Notes: generated by a model from the sequence alone, not told the origin. Positions 54,793 through 64,000 are shown, counted from the stretch's first letter. The stretch is DNA of 64,000 nt from Candidatus Latescibacterota bacterium (GCA_965208105.1 OZ242318.1:3808001-3872000), one strand, 5' to 3'. Numbers and translations: made by a program.

Positions 54793-57429
54793 ATGGGTCT
54801 CATCCTGTTCATACTGTTTCTGATTCCGGGCGAAGGCGCCTTCGCCGACGATGGGGAGCCGAACCCCGACCTGCTGCAGCGCTCGTCCTTCGCACCGTAC
54901 CAGAACTACGCCGAGGTGCCCTTCCGCCCCTACCGGGAACGCCTGCGAATCGATCCGCGCTACAACTATTTCGGTGAATTTCTCGCCGAAGGATATCACG
55001 CCTTCCGCCTCGACGAGCAGCGGCCCGGTGGCAGCGTCGTCGGCAAGGACGACGTCTACCGCGGCCTCTTCAATACCCTCCTGGTTGCGCGCAGTTCCCA
55101 CGGCGAATTCAGTGCCGCCCTCACCGTAGGCGACGATATCCGCCACACCCTGTCGGCGCTGACCATGCAGCGGGCAGGCTTCAACGGGATGCGCTGGGAA
55201 CTGGTCTATCCCCGCCAACGCCTCACCCTGCTGGCTTCGCGCGGTTTCGACAGCGGCGATTTCCCCGGATTCAGGAGCTTCTCCACACCGGTGGTGGTCG
55301 ATCCCACCGCCCCGGGCTACGACCTCCTCTCGTCTACCATGGTGGTGGTGGAGGAAGAAAACCCGGTCTACACCCTGGGAGGTCACTGGGAAGGCGAATT
55401 CGGCCCCGCCCTGACCCTCGGGGCGACCCTGGTGAACCAGCAGCAGCTCAACTCGGTGGCCGGTCGCAAGGGAGGGCTGCTGCGCGGCAGCGTGCCCTAT
55501 CCGGAGATGTTGCCGCCGGAAAGGCTGATGCTGCGGGTAACCGAAGATGGGGCCCCGGAGGAGGGGCCAGGCGCTGCGGTGTACGAAGTGGTGCTTGAGA
55601 TCGAGGCTACCGACGGCAGCGTACACAGCCTTCTCAGCAGCGATCCCGAAAGTCCCAACTACCATTCCCGGCTGGAACCCGTGATCAACGGCGGCCGCCG
55701 GGTCGACGGTCACTTGGAAGTGAGCGGCGATGAGAAGTTGTTCTACACTTTCAGACTACCCGCCGAGGTGACGCCGCGGCGGGCGCGATTCCGGGTGGAG
55801 GCCGCCAATGATTTCCGCATTGCCGTCTCCCAGCAACATACCATTCCGCGCCGAGGCCACCCCACGACCCCCTATACCACCTTGTACCGGGCGCATGGTC
55901 GCAGGGGAGATCTTTCCAACCGCAAAGAACTGGTCCTGGACTATGGCCTCGCCACTGGGCAGACCCTGTTCGGATTGGACTTCGCCGCGGCCCTGGTGGG
56001 GCTCAAGCTCAAGGGCGAGATCGCCATGAACAGCCTGTACCGGAAATTCCCGGTTCTCGGCGGCCGCAATCTGGACCGCCGCGCCAGAGCTTGGTACCTG
56101 ACCGCGGTCAAGACCGCCGACCGCTTCCCCCACCTGACTATGGGGGCGGAGCTCTTCTACATGGGGCCGCGCTACGGCGGCGACTACGACAGCCGCCGAG
56201 GCGGCGTAGTGCTCTATACCGACGTAGGAGGACCGGACAGGAGAGCGCGGGGCGCGGCGGAGTACGTCCTGGTAGACGACAACGACGACCGCGACCGCTA
56301 CGCCGACGACAACAGCAAGGATTTCCCCGGGTCTTCCGATCCCCAGGCGGGGGTTTATCCTGGATTGGACGAGGACAACGACAACATCCCCGACGACGAC
56401 CGCAACGCCAACGGCATACCCGATTTCCAGGAGCCCTTCCTGCTTTTCTACTCCGATCCGCAGGAATTCGTCTACGGTCCGGACATGAACAACAACGGGG
56501 TCATCGACTCGCGCGAAAACGACGCCAAACCCGACTATCCCTACGACCGGGACAGGCGCGGCCGCCATTTCCTGGTCTCGCTCCGTCCGTTGCCTGGCCT
56601 GGAGCTGGGCGCCGGAAACTATCGCCTCCAGACCATGGTGGCCGGCGGCCGGGCTATCTCCACCTACCTGCGGGCTTCCTACCGCTCCGCCGATCCCCGG
56701 CGTTACGAGCTGCGTCTCAACCACGACTCCAAGCGGGTGCGGGACGACATCCCCGATCCGGTCTACGTCTTCGATCCGGAGCGCAACCTGACCCCTCGGG
56801 ATCCCCCCGATCCCGATCCCCTGCTGCAGCGCAACAGTTGGGTGCACACCTCTTTCGCCGGGCTGCGCTTCACCCGCCTTGCCCCGTTGAATCTGGAGAG
56901 CAACGTGAAGCGGGTGCACAATCGCATGCACGACCTCACGTCCACCGAAGAGGTCGAGAAAGACCGGCGCAGCGATTTCACCTGGGTGAACCGGGCCGAC
57001 TACCGCTGGCAGTGGCGGAAGCTGACGATACACCCGATGTACAAGAACATCCGGCAGCGGGTGACCCTGGGGTCGCTGGACCGTCCCTTGATCTCCACCG
57101 TGCAGTCCGCCCCCATCCTGCGGATGGACTACGCCTTCAACGACGAGCTCGTGCTCCAGATGGGCCAGCAGGGTTTTCGCCTGCGCGCCCTGGGCATCGA
57201 CCGCGGGCTCGCCTTCCGCTCCATCGACAAGCTGGACGAGACCCGGAGTTTTTCTTCCACCGATTTCATGATCATGTTCACCATCAGAGGGAATTATCTG
57301 AGCAACATAGTAACCGCGAATACGGGCATTCACCGCCAGCGGATGGAATTCGACGAAGGGGAGCCGAGGGAGAAACGCAAGCTCACCCGTCTGTTCGTGG
57401 AGGTGGTAACCGGCTTCGAGCGTTACTGA
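54793..57429 (+). CDS. Putative outer-membrane beta-barrel protein, tandem paralog of 52153..54783
   Basis: Signal peptide ending AFA; same motif set; ends LTRLFVEVVTGFERY. Confidence 0.65.
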   Translation: MGLILFILFLIPGEGAFADDGEPNPDLLQRSSFAPYQNYAEVPFRPYRERLRIDPRYNYFGEFLAEGYHAFRLDEQRPGGSVVGKDDVYRGLFNTLLVARSSHGEFSAALTVGDDIRHTLSALTMQRAGFNGMRWELVYPRQRLTLLASRGFDSGDFPGFRSFSTPVVVDPTAPGYDLLSSTMVVVEEENPVYTLGGHWEGEFGPALTLGATLVNQQQLNSVAGRKGGLLRGSVPYPEMLPPERLMLRVTEDGAPEEGPGAAVYEVVLEIEATDGSVHSLLSSDPESPNYHSRLEPVINGGRRVDGHLEVSGDEKLFYTFRLPAEVTPRRARFRVEAANDFRIAVSQQHTIPRRGHPTTPYTTLYRAHGRRGDLSNRKELVLDYGLATGQTLFGLDFAAALVGLKLKGEIAMNSLYRKFPVLGGRNLDRRARAWYLTAVKTADRFPHLTMGAELFYMGPRYGGDYDSRRGGVVLYTDVGGPDRRARGAAEYVLVDDNDDRDRYADDNSKDFPGSSDPQAGVYPGLDEDNDNIPDDDRNANGIPDFQEPFLLFYSDPQEFVYGPDMNNNGVIDSRENDAKPDYPYDRDRRGRHFLVSLRPLPGLELGAGNYRLQTMVAGGRAISTYLRASYRSADPRRYELRLNHDSKRVRDDIPDPVYVFDPERNLTPRDPPDPDPLLQRNSWVHTSFAGLRFTRLAPLNLESNVKRVHNRMHDLTSTEEVEKDRRSDFTWVNRADYRWQWRKLTIHPMYKNIRQRVTLGSLDRPLISTVQSAPILRMDYAFNDELVLQMGQQGFRLRALGIDRGLAFRSIDKLDETRSFSSTDFMIMFTIRGNYLSNIVTANTGIHRQRMEFDEGEPREKRKLTRLFVEVVTGFERY

Positions 57430-57456
57430 TTCCAAGCCAGGGACCTATAAAACGAT

Positions 57457-60400
57457 ATGGTTCAACTGACCCTTGCCGCTATTTTCCTGGGAGCCGTTAG
57501 CGCCAGCATGTTCCACGATTCCCCCGGGGAGTTGGGCAAGGAATTCGACGCGGCGCAGAAGCTCATGGTGATGGGGGATTTTGACGGTGCCGTCGACGCC
57601 TACGAGGACCTCATAAATACCCCGTCTTCCTTGTTCCTGTTGCCTTCGCAGGTGAGAGTCGAGGTCCGAGGGGAAGGCCTGCTCCTCAGAGTGGCGGCGG
57701 CCTACCAGGTGGCCGGCAGCTACCGGCGCCGAGGTGAGGAGGAGCGCCAGAAGGACGACGACGGCGCCGCCGTCCGGGGACGTGAGTCCCTGCGCAAGGC
57801 GGCGCGATATTACAACCTGGTGAGCCGGGATTCGCTGGCTCCCGAAGATTTGCGCCAGCGCGCAGCCTACCAGGAGGGAAAATCCTATTTCATCGGCGAG
57901 GATTACGAGCAGGGCGCCGCCGCCTTCGAGAGTTTCCGCGATCGTTTCCCGCACGGAGAATACGCCCTCGACGCCCGCTATCACCTTGCCTGGTCCACCT
58001 ACAGGCTGGGATCGTGGGAGCGGGCTGCGGCGGAATTCCGCGCCGTGGCCGCGGCCGAGCCCGGCAGCGACAGGGCCCTCAGAGCCCTCTTTCAATTGGG
58101 CGAGTGTCTCGAGCGTCTGCAGCGCCGGGAAGAAGCCCTTGCTGCTTTCAGGCAACTTGCCCAACATTTCGATTCCAAGGTCTACGACGAGCGGCGCCGG
58201 GTTGAAGACCTCATGCTGGTGTTGCGCAAGGACTTTCTGGAAACCGAGCGGGAACTGATCGGCAAGGCGCACATCCGGGTGGGGGACGGCTATCGCCACC
58301 TCGATTCCCTGGAAACGGCCATGGAATGGTACCGCCGCGCGGCGCAGCGCTTTCCCACCGAGGGAGCCCTGGTGAAGACCGCCTATCTGCGTCTGGCCGA
58401 AATCCACGCCGATGAGAGACGCATCGACCCGGCCTTGACGGCCTACCGCACCGCCCTGGAGGAGGTGGTGGATCCACTCTTCCGGGCCCAGGTCCAGGCC
58501 GAGCTCATGATCCTGGCCCATGAAGCCGGGCGCTTCGAAGAATCGGCCGCCGCCCACCGGTTCTACATTCAGGCCTTCGGTGAACAGGCCGAAGAGACGG
58601 GGATTTCGGTGCAGCAGGCGCAGTTGCGGGTGGGCGAAGCGCTGCGCCAGGAAGCGCTGCGCCGGCACCGGGAAACGGAAGGGGATTCCCTCTACGGCGA
58701 AGCCCTGACGGCGTACCGGGAGTTGCTACGGATGAATCCCCCCGACAGCCTGGCGGCCGAGGCCCTGCTGGGCAGCGGGTTCTGCCTGCAGAGTCTGGGT
58801 GAGGGAGCTGCCGCCCGGGAGCAGTATGAAGCGGTTCGAGACAACTATGGCGCCACCCGGTCCGCCGCCTGGGCTCAACTGCAACTGGCGCGCATCCACT
58901 CCGAGGGCGGAGACTGGCCGGCGACCATGGCCTCGTACCAGTCACTGTTGCAGATCGGCGACGCCGAGCTGCGCGACATCGCCCGCGTCGAGCTGGCTCT
59001 GCTCCACCAGCGCCGCCGGGAAACGGGCGAAGCCCTGGCTCTGCTCCGCCCGATCGAGCCCGATTCTCCCGAGTTCAGCCGGGCCCAACTAGCTCTGGTG
59101 CGCCTGCATACGGCGAGCGGGGACTGGGAAGAGGCGCGGCAGGTCCTGATCCGCGCCAGGCAAGGGAAGGTCAGCCCCCCGGTGCGCGCCGAGCTCGATT
59201 ACACCGAAGCGGAGATCGCCTTCCAAGCCCGCGATTATGCCGCCACCCTCGAGCTCCTCGCCCGGGTGGATACCACCCTCTTGGAGGACCCTTTCGCCTA
59301 CGAACACCTCTATGTTCGCGGCGTATCCAGCTACCAGGTGGGCGACCATGCCGCCGCCCTCGAGCAGTTGGTTGCCTACTGCGGCCGATCACCTTTGCGC
59401 CGGGCGCGGCAGCAGGCCATCCGGCTGATCGGTCTGTGCCTGGCAGAAACCGTCGACCGGGATACCGCGGTGCGGCGCTTCCGCCGGTGGGCCGATGCCG
59501 GCGCCACCGACAGCGAGCGCCTGGAGTGGGAGCTGGGGCTGGCCCGCTTTCAGATCGACACTGGCCGCCATGCCGAAGCCCTGGAGTTGTTGGACCGGCT
59601 GGAAATGGTGTCGCCGGGTCAGCAGCAGGTGCTGCTGCTGCGGGGAATCGTGCGGATGGCGGCCAACGAGTGGGCTCCGGCGAGGGAGGTCCTCCTCGGC
59701 ATGGAGACCGACGGCCTCTCCGGCCCCGATGCTCATCGGCGGCTCTTCCTGCTTGGCGTGGCAGCGATGAATCTTGCCGACTATGGCGGGGCGGTAGAGC
59801 ATCTTCAGGAGTTGCTGGCTTTGAAGCCCCCTGAGGACATTTCCCGCCCCGCCCGGCTCTACCTGGGAAAAAGCTTCTTCGCTCTGAGACAGCACCGGGA
59901 GGCCGCTAAAACCTTGCTGCAATTGGCCGAGGACTTTGGGGGCCACGCGGAAGCCGGGGAAGCGGCCTATCTCGCCGGCGACAACCTCTACCTGATAGAA
60001 GACTATCGCGGGGCGGCAACGGCCTATGCCCGCGTCGAGCACGGAAAGTTCATGCCCGCCGCGGGGTTGGCCCGGGCCTGGTGCCTTCTGGAGCTGGAGG
60101 AAGAAGGACCCTTCCTGGAAGCGCTCGAGAACGTCCAAATCGACCATCCCCACAGCCCCGAGGCCCGCACCGCGGCCATGATGGCAGGCGATTACAATTA
60201 CAGCGGCAAAAAGTATGAGGCGGCGCGCCATGCGTACCGGACGCTCATGGAACAGTACCCCGACAGCGGCGAGGCCGCGCGGGCGCGGTCACGCCTGGTG
60301 GACCTCGAGGACCTGGAAGCCGATCGCCTCTACCAGGCGGCCATGGCCGCCTTCGACGGCGGCGACTACGAGGGCGCGCGGCGGCAGCTGGAGGCGGTGG

Positions 60401-60600
60401 CGCAGCGTTTTCCCGGCACCCTGTCGGAGATGGCGGCGCGCTGCAACATCGGGGTATGCTACGAGAAGACGGGACAGTGGCGCCGGGCCGCCGCCGTCTA
60501 CGACAGCCTGCTGCAGAGGGGGGAGGCCGATCCGCAGTACGGCGCCATGCTGCGCTTTGCGCGGGAGCACCGCGACTGGATTCGCGACTACCGACTCTAA
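57457..60600 (+). CDS. Large exported TPR protein (CpoB/BamD-like TPR repeats)
   Basis: Signal peptide; many TPR units with FP/YP turns (RFPHGEYA, QYPDSGEA, RFPGT). Confidence 0.85.
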   Translation: MVQLTLAAIFLGAVSASMFHDSPGELGKEFDAAQKLMVMGDFDGAVDAYEDLINTPSSLFLLPSQVRVEVRGEGLLLRVAAAYQVAGSYRRRGEEERQKDDDGAAVRGRESLRKAARYYNLVSRDSLAPEDLRQRAAYQEGKSYFIGEDYEQGAAAFESFRDRFPHGEYALDARYHLAWSTYRLGSWERAAAEFRAVAAAEPGSDRALRALFQLGECLERLQRREEALAAFRQLAQHFDSKVYDERRRVEDLMLVLRKDFLETERELIGKAHIRVGDGYRHLDSLETAMEWYRRAAQRFPTEGALVKTAYLRLAEIHADERRIDPALTAYRTALEEVVDPLFRAQVQAELMILAHEAGRFEESAAAHRFYIQAFGEQAEETGISVQQAQLRVGEALRQEALRRHRETEGDSLYGEALTAYRELLRMNPPDSLAAEALLGSGFCLQSLGEGAAAREQYEAVRDNYGATRSAAWAQLQLARIHSEGGDWPATMASYQSLLQIGDAELRDIARVELALLHQRRRETGEALALLRPIEPDSPEFSRAQLALVRLHTASGDWEEARQVLIRARQGKVSPPVRAELDYTEAEIAFQARDYAATLELLARVDTTLLEDPFAYEHLYVRGVSSYQVGDHAAALEQLVAYCGRSPLRRARQQAIRLIGLCLAETVDRDTAVRRFRRWADAGATDSERLEWELGLARFQIDTGRHAEALELLDRLEMVSPGQQQVLLLRGIVRMAANEWAPAREVLLGMETDGLSGPDAHRRLFLLGVAAMNLADYGGAVEHLQELLALKPPEDISRPARLYLGKSFFALRQHREAAKTLLQLAEDFGGHAEAGEAAYLAGDNLYLIEDYRGAATAYARVEHGKFMPAAGLARAWCLLELEEEGPFLEALENVQIDHPHSPEARTAAMMAGDYNYSGKKYEAARHAYRTLMEQYPDSGEAARARSRLVDLEDLEADRLYQAAMAAFDGGDYEGARRQLEAVAQRFPGTLSEMAARCNIGVCYEKTGQWRRAAAVYDSLLQRGEADPQYGAMLRFAREHRDWIRDYRL

Positions 60601-60627
60601 CCCGCCGATCAGGCGAGGAGATACTTC

Positions 60628-61284
60628 ATGGGCATAGATTCCTTCCTTCTCGATCAGTTTGACAAGGGCGGTCCGCTGATGTGGCCCCTGGCGCTGTGCT
60701 CGCTGACGGCGCTCACCGTCGGTCTGGAGCGCCTGTGGGTGCTGCTGCGGGTCCCGGGGGACGAGGGCGCCCGCGCCGAAATGGAGGCGGTTCTGGCGCG
60801 GAAGGAGGAGCTGGACGGGGCGGATCTTCTGGCCCACCTGCTGGAACGCAAGGGGGTGCTGGCGGCGGTCTACGCCGCGGTGCAGCGCAAGTATCTGGCG
60901 CTTTTGGAGGAAGGCCAGGGAGCGGCGGAGCAGCGCGCCGAGCTGGGTAGGGAGGCCAACGCGGCCTGCCGCGAGTATCTGGGCCAGTTTCTTCCGGTTC
61001 TGAGCACGATTGGCAGCATCGCGCCGCTGTTGGGTCTTCTGGGCACGATCACGGGGATGATCAAGGCCTTTGCGGCCATCGCCACGGCGGGGGTGGGGGA
61101 TCCGAGCCAGGTGGCCGACGGCATCTCGGAGGCGCTGATCACCACGGCGACGGGTCTGATCATCGCGATCCCGGTGATCGTGCTGCACCGCTACCTGGCG
61201 CTGCGCGCCGGCCGCGTCATGCGGCGCCTGGAGCTCTACACCCATGCCCTGGGCCACGCCCTGGTGGAGGAGGAGCGCCGGTGA
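60628..61284 (+). CDS. exbB: MotA/TolQ/ExbB proton channel family protein
   Basis: GGPLMWPL..ER, LSTIGSIAPLLGLLGTITGMIKAF and GISEALITTATGLIIAIP motifs. Confidence 0.93.
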   Translation: MGIDSFLLDQFDKGGPLMWPLALCSLTALTVGLERLWVLLRVPGDEGARAEMEAVLARKEELDGADLLAHLLERKGVLAAVYAAVQRKYLALLEEGQGAAEQRAELGREANAACREYLGQFLPVLSTIGSIAPLLGLLGTITGMIKAFAAIATAGVGDPSQVADGISEALITTATGLIIAIPVIVLHRYLALRAGRVMRRLELYTHALGHALVEEERR

Positions 61285-61517
61285 ACATCTACGACGACGC
61301 CGGGGCCCCCGGCTCCACCGTGGAGCCTGGGCAGTTGGCCGAGGTCTTCAAGGAGGCGTCGGGTGAGGGCCGCGAAATCAGGCTGACCATTCTGGCCGAC
61401 CGCCGCACCCCCCACGGCCACACTCTGGAGGCCATGGAGGCGGCGCAGCGCGCCGGGATCCACCGGGTCTACCTGGCCACCAGGACCCGGCCTCCGGGAG
61501 AAGGGAGCGTACCGTGA
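61281..61517 (+). CDS. exbD: ExbD/TolR-like periplasmic domain only, lacking the N-terminal TM helix
   Basis: Overlaps the exbB stop (GTGA); LTILADRRTPHG..LEAMEAAQRAGI.RV.LAT matches the ExbD C-terminal pattern; only 78 aa. Confidence 0.7.
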   Translation: MNIYDDAGAPGSTVEPGQLAEVFKEASGEGREIRLTILADRRTPHGHTLEAMEAAQRAGIHRVYLATRTRPPGEGSVP

Positions 61518-62248
61518 CCAGGATGATCCCGGCCGTGATGGCGACGTGGCTGGGGGCTGCCGGCTGCGGTCTCTTGCCGGTGCCCAAATCCCACCTGGTG
61601 CGCCTTGCCTTCGTGCCCGGCGAGAGGGCGGCCTACTCCGTCGATGCGGCCGACAGCGCCGCGGTCTATCGCACCGAGGGCCTGGTCGTCAAGGTGAGCT
61701 ACCGCTCGAAGCAGGCCCTCAACCTGGAGTATCCCGACGCCCGCGAGGGCCGGGTCAATCTCAACCCCTTCACCTACGGCCCCCGCATGGACAACGATCT
61801 GGGCTACGCCCCGGACCGCTTCACCGTCTTCGAGGTGGACTTCAACAACATCGGCCGGCCCCGGGTTCAGTTTACCGCGCAGGACGCCGAGCTGGTCACC
61901 GACCGCGGCGACCGGCTGCGGCCCTGGGGCACGCAGAAGGGGGAGGCGGAGGACACCTTCGAGGAGTATTACCGCGCCCGGCGCGGCCCGGGGGGCAACG
62001 ACCAGCAGTGGTATCGGCAGCGTCTGGCCATCGTGGAGAAATCGCTCTACCGCGGTGACGGGCCCTTGTTCAAGGGTCAACGCCAGCGCGGCAAGCTGGT
62101 GTTCGGCCTTTTGCACCCGGAGGTGGCCTCGGTGCGCCTGCACCTGCGCGAGGTGGTCCTGGCCTTCGACGAGCACGGGCTGCCCACCGAGCGCATCGAT
62201 CTGGAGTTTCCCTTCGAGATCAGCGTCGAGGTCGAGGAGCTGGAGTGA
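61514..62248 (+). CDS. Putative lipoprotein of unknown function
   Basis: GTGA overlap with exbD; leader ending AAGC; NPFTYG..RFTVF motif. Confidence 0.7.
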   Translation: MTRMIPAVMATWLGAAGCGLLPVPKSHLVRLAFVPGERAAYSVDAADSAAVYRTEGLVVKVSYRSKQALNLEYPDAREGRVNLNPFTYGPRMDNDLGYAPDRFTVFEVDFNNIGRPRVQFTAQDAELVTDRGDRLRPWGTQKGEAEDTFEEYYRARRGPGGNDQQWYRQRLAIVEKSLYRGDGPLFKGQRQRGKLVFGLLHPEVASVRLHLREVVLAFDEHGLPTERIDLEFPFEISVEVEELE

Positions 62249-62301
62249 GTTGGGCAGCAATGGCAACTGAAGCAAGCATCGGGAGAGTGTGGCGCTGGGC
62301 A

Positions 62302-62865
62302 ATGTGGAAAGATGAGAGATCGTTCTGGACCGGATCGTGCTTGCTATTCTGCTATGTAGTGGCACTAGGTCTGGCGGCCTGTACGCAAGAAGGCGAGAAT
62401 CCATCGCCTTTCGACATACAAAAGGGTAGTGTTCAGGAGCCATTTGACATTGCAGTCACCTATTTTACCTGGGACTCCAGAAAAATAACTTTGACCGACG
62501 ACAACAGCTATGCCGTAGAGGTCGTAAACGCAGGCACCGATACCCTGAACTTTTACAAGATCGAAATCTATTTTGACGATAACCTAAGGAATCGCTACGA
62601 GAACCGACCTGAGTTGCTGCACCCCGGTCCGCTGGTTCCGGGTGATACAGAGTGTTTAATATGGGCAAGTGGGTCGGGAAGCCCTCCCAGACCACCAAAG
62701 GAGCCTGGACGCCACAGCTACCGGGTAGTGGCCAGTCTGCCGAGCGGCTACGCTGAAATGAATCTCTCCAACAACGAACTTGTGGGCTTTTTCGAAATAA
62801 GTGCCAGTGCCAAACGGACGAATCTTTTTTCATCGAAGCCGCTGGTCGGATGTCGACGGTATTAG
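62302..62865 (+). CDS. Small CARDB-like lipoprotein, copy B1 (start uncertain)
   Basis: Lipobox LAAC then TQEGENPSP; VVNAG, LVPG and EPGRHSYRVV..E.NLSNN motifs. Confidence 0.7.
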   Translation: MWKDERSFWTGSCLLFCYVVALGLAACTQEGENPSPFDIQKGSVQEPFDIAVTYFTWDSRKITLTDDNSYAVEVVNAGTDTLNFYKIEIYFDDNLRNRYENRPELLHPGPLVPGDTECLIWASGSGSPPRPPKEPGRHSYRVVASLPSGYAEMNLSNNELVGFFEISASAKRTNLFSSKPLVGCRRY

Positions 62866-62924
62866 GCCATTTGGGTGAGGAAGGGCTTTCTAGATTCGCC
62901 CAGTGACGTTTAAGAAGGAGAGAT

Positions 62925-63479
62925 GTGGAGATCATGTCCTGGACCGGATCGCGCTTGCTATTCTGCTATGTCCTGGCACTAGGTCTGGCTGGCTGTACGC
63001 GAGAAGGCGAGAATCCATCGCCTTTCGACATCCAAAAGGGTATTGTTCAGGAGCCGTTTGATATCGCCGTTACCTATTTTACCTGGGATTCCAGAAAGGT
63101 ACAGGGGGCCGACCTTGACGGCTATGGGGCAGAGGTCGAAAATGCCGGAACCGATACCCTTGACTTCTACAAGATCGAACTTTTTTTTGACGATAAGCTT
63201 GTTCATCGCCTTGAAAACCGGCCTGATTGGCATCCCGGTCCGCTGGCCCCGGGTGAAGAACACTGTAGAGGGTGGGGCAATGCGTGGGGAAACCCTCCCA
63301 ACAATGCACCGAAAGAACCAGGACGCTACAGCTACCGGGTAGTGGCCAGTTTACCGAGCCGCTACGCTGAAAAAAATCTCTCCAACAACGAACTTACCGG
63401 CTTTTTCGAGATAGGGGGCAGCTCCAAACCGGCGATTCTCTTTTCATCGAAGGCTCTGGTCGGATGCCGACGGTATTAG
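62925..63479 (+). CDS. Small CARDB-like lipoprotein, copy B2
   Basis: AAGGAG RBS; lipobox LAGC then TREGENPSP; tandem paralog of B1. Confidence 0.72.
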   Translation: MEIMSWTGSRLLFCYVLALGLAGCTREGENPSPFDIQKGIVQEPFDIAVTYFTWDSRKVQGADLDGYGAEVENAGTDTLDFYKIELFFDDKLVHRLENRPDWHPGPLAPGEEHCRGWGNAWGNPPNNAPKEPGRYSYRVVASLPSRYAEKNLSNNELTGFFEIGGSSKPAILFSSKALVGCRRY

Positions 63480-63612
63480 GCCATAGGGTAGGAAGGCCGG
63501 TGCTCGATTCGGCCGGTGGTGTTCAGAAAGACAGAAACCTGTCGTCGTTTGCAGCGCAGAGATTGGCCGACGGTTTTGAGGACCTCCATCAGCAACCATA
63601 CTTTGGGTTACC

Positions 63613-64000
63613 ATGAAAGGTGCTTGTCGATGGTTTTCCCTCGCGCCGCGCAACAGCCATCGGCGGTTGTGGTACTTCGTGATCCTTGCCCTGTTGGTAC
63701 ACGGAGTGCTGGTGGCAGTGATCACTGTTCGCACGCTGGAGCAGAACAGGGAGCGGGAGCTTTCGAGTCGTTTCGTCAAACGCCGACCACTGAAACAGCC
63801 CGTATTGAGGCGCCAGGTGGAACGGCCATTCCCGCTGCGCCCCATGCAGCGATCGATTCAGCCTTTCCTTCCTTTTACCCGCGCCATCGCGCAGCACACA
63901 CCCGATCCGAGACCTCCTGAACTCCTCGCTCACCGCGAGGCTGTCTCCTTGCCGCCGCGGCCGATGGGATTCCCCAGTGGTTTTCCCGCCTCGAGGAGCT
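63613..64000 (+). CDS. Partial CDS: divergent fourth member of the anchored DUF4159 family (N-terminus only)
   Basis: Not in the ORF track. The open frame reads MKGAC...ILALLVHGVLVAVIT...LSSRFVKRRPLKQPVLRRQVERP, matching the N-termini of copies 1-3. Confidence 0.8.
   Translation, partial: MKGACRWFSLAPRNSHRRLWYFVILALLVHGVLVAVITVRTLEQNRERELSSRFVKRRPLKQPVLRRQVERPFPLRPMQRSIQPFLPFTRAIAQHTPDPRPPELLAHREAVSLPPRPMGFPSGFPASRS

Overview
High-GC bacterial window. The gene content (DUF6785/DUF6784 membrane protein, FlgD-Ig C-terminal domain proteins, three CRTAC1/ASPIC-UnbV genes, four PhyH dioxygenases, a sulfatase) suggests an FCB-group lineage such as Latescibacterota; this is an inference from gene content only. 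Bases 1-41.7 kb hold mostly catabolic and accessory genes: Asp-box beta-propeller hydrolase-like proteins, a sulfatase, a GH106-like glycosidase, a TonB-dependent receptor, a cation:proton antiporter, a frameshifted ABC substrate-binding gene, a D-Ala-D-Ala carboxypeptidase and an enolase-superfamily dehydratase. Two 162-bp TA-flanked MITEs also lie here, each directly upstream of a CRTAC1 gene. The most striking region is 42.0-64.0 kb, a single co-oriented envelope locus. It repeats a unit of [small CARDB-like lipoprotein]-[membrane-anchored DUF4159 protein]-[discoidin/FlgD-Ig protein], followed by two putative outer-membrane barrels, a large TPR protein, ExbB, a TM-less ExbD, more lipoproteins and a fourth DUF4159-type gene start. 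The three complete DUF4159 genes are near-identical at DNA level except in four discrete hypervariable segments. They have a TonB/TolA-like His-containing anchor, and the array contains several recombination scars. I found no rRNA, tRNA, CRISPR array, transposase or reverse transcriptase. All family assignments come from motif recognition by eye, not from database searches.
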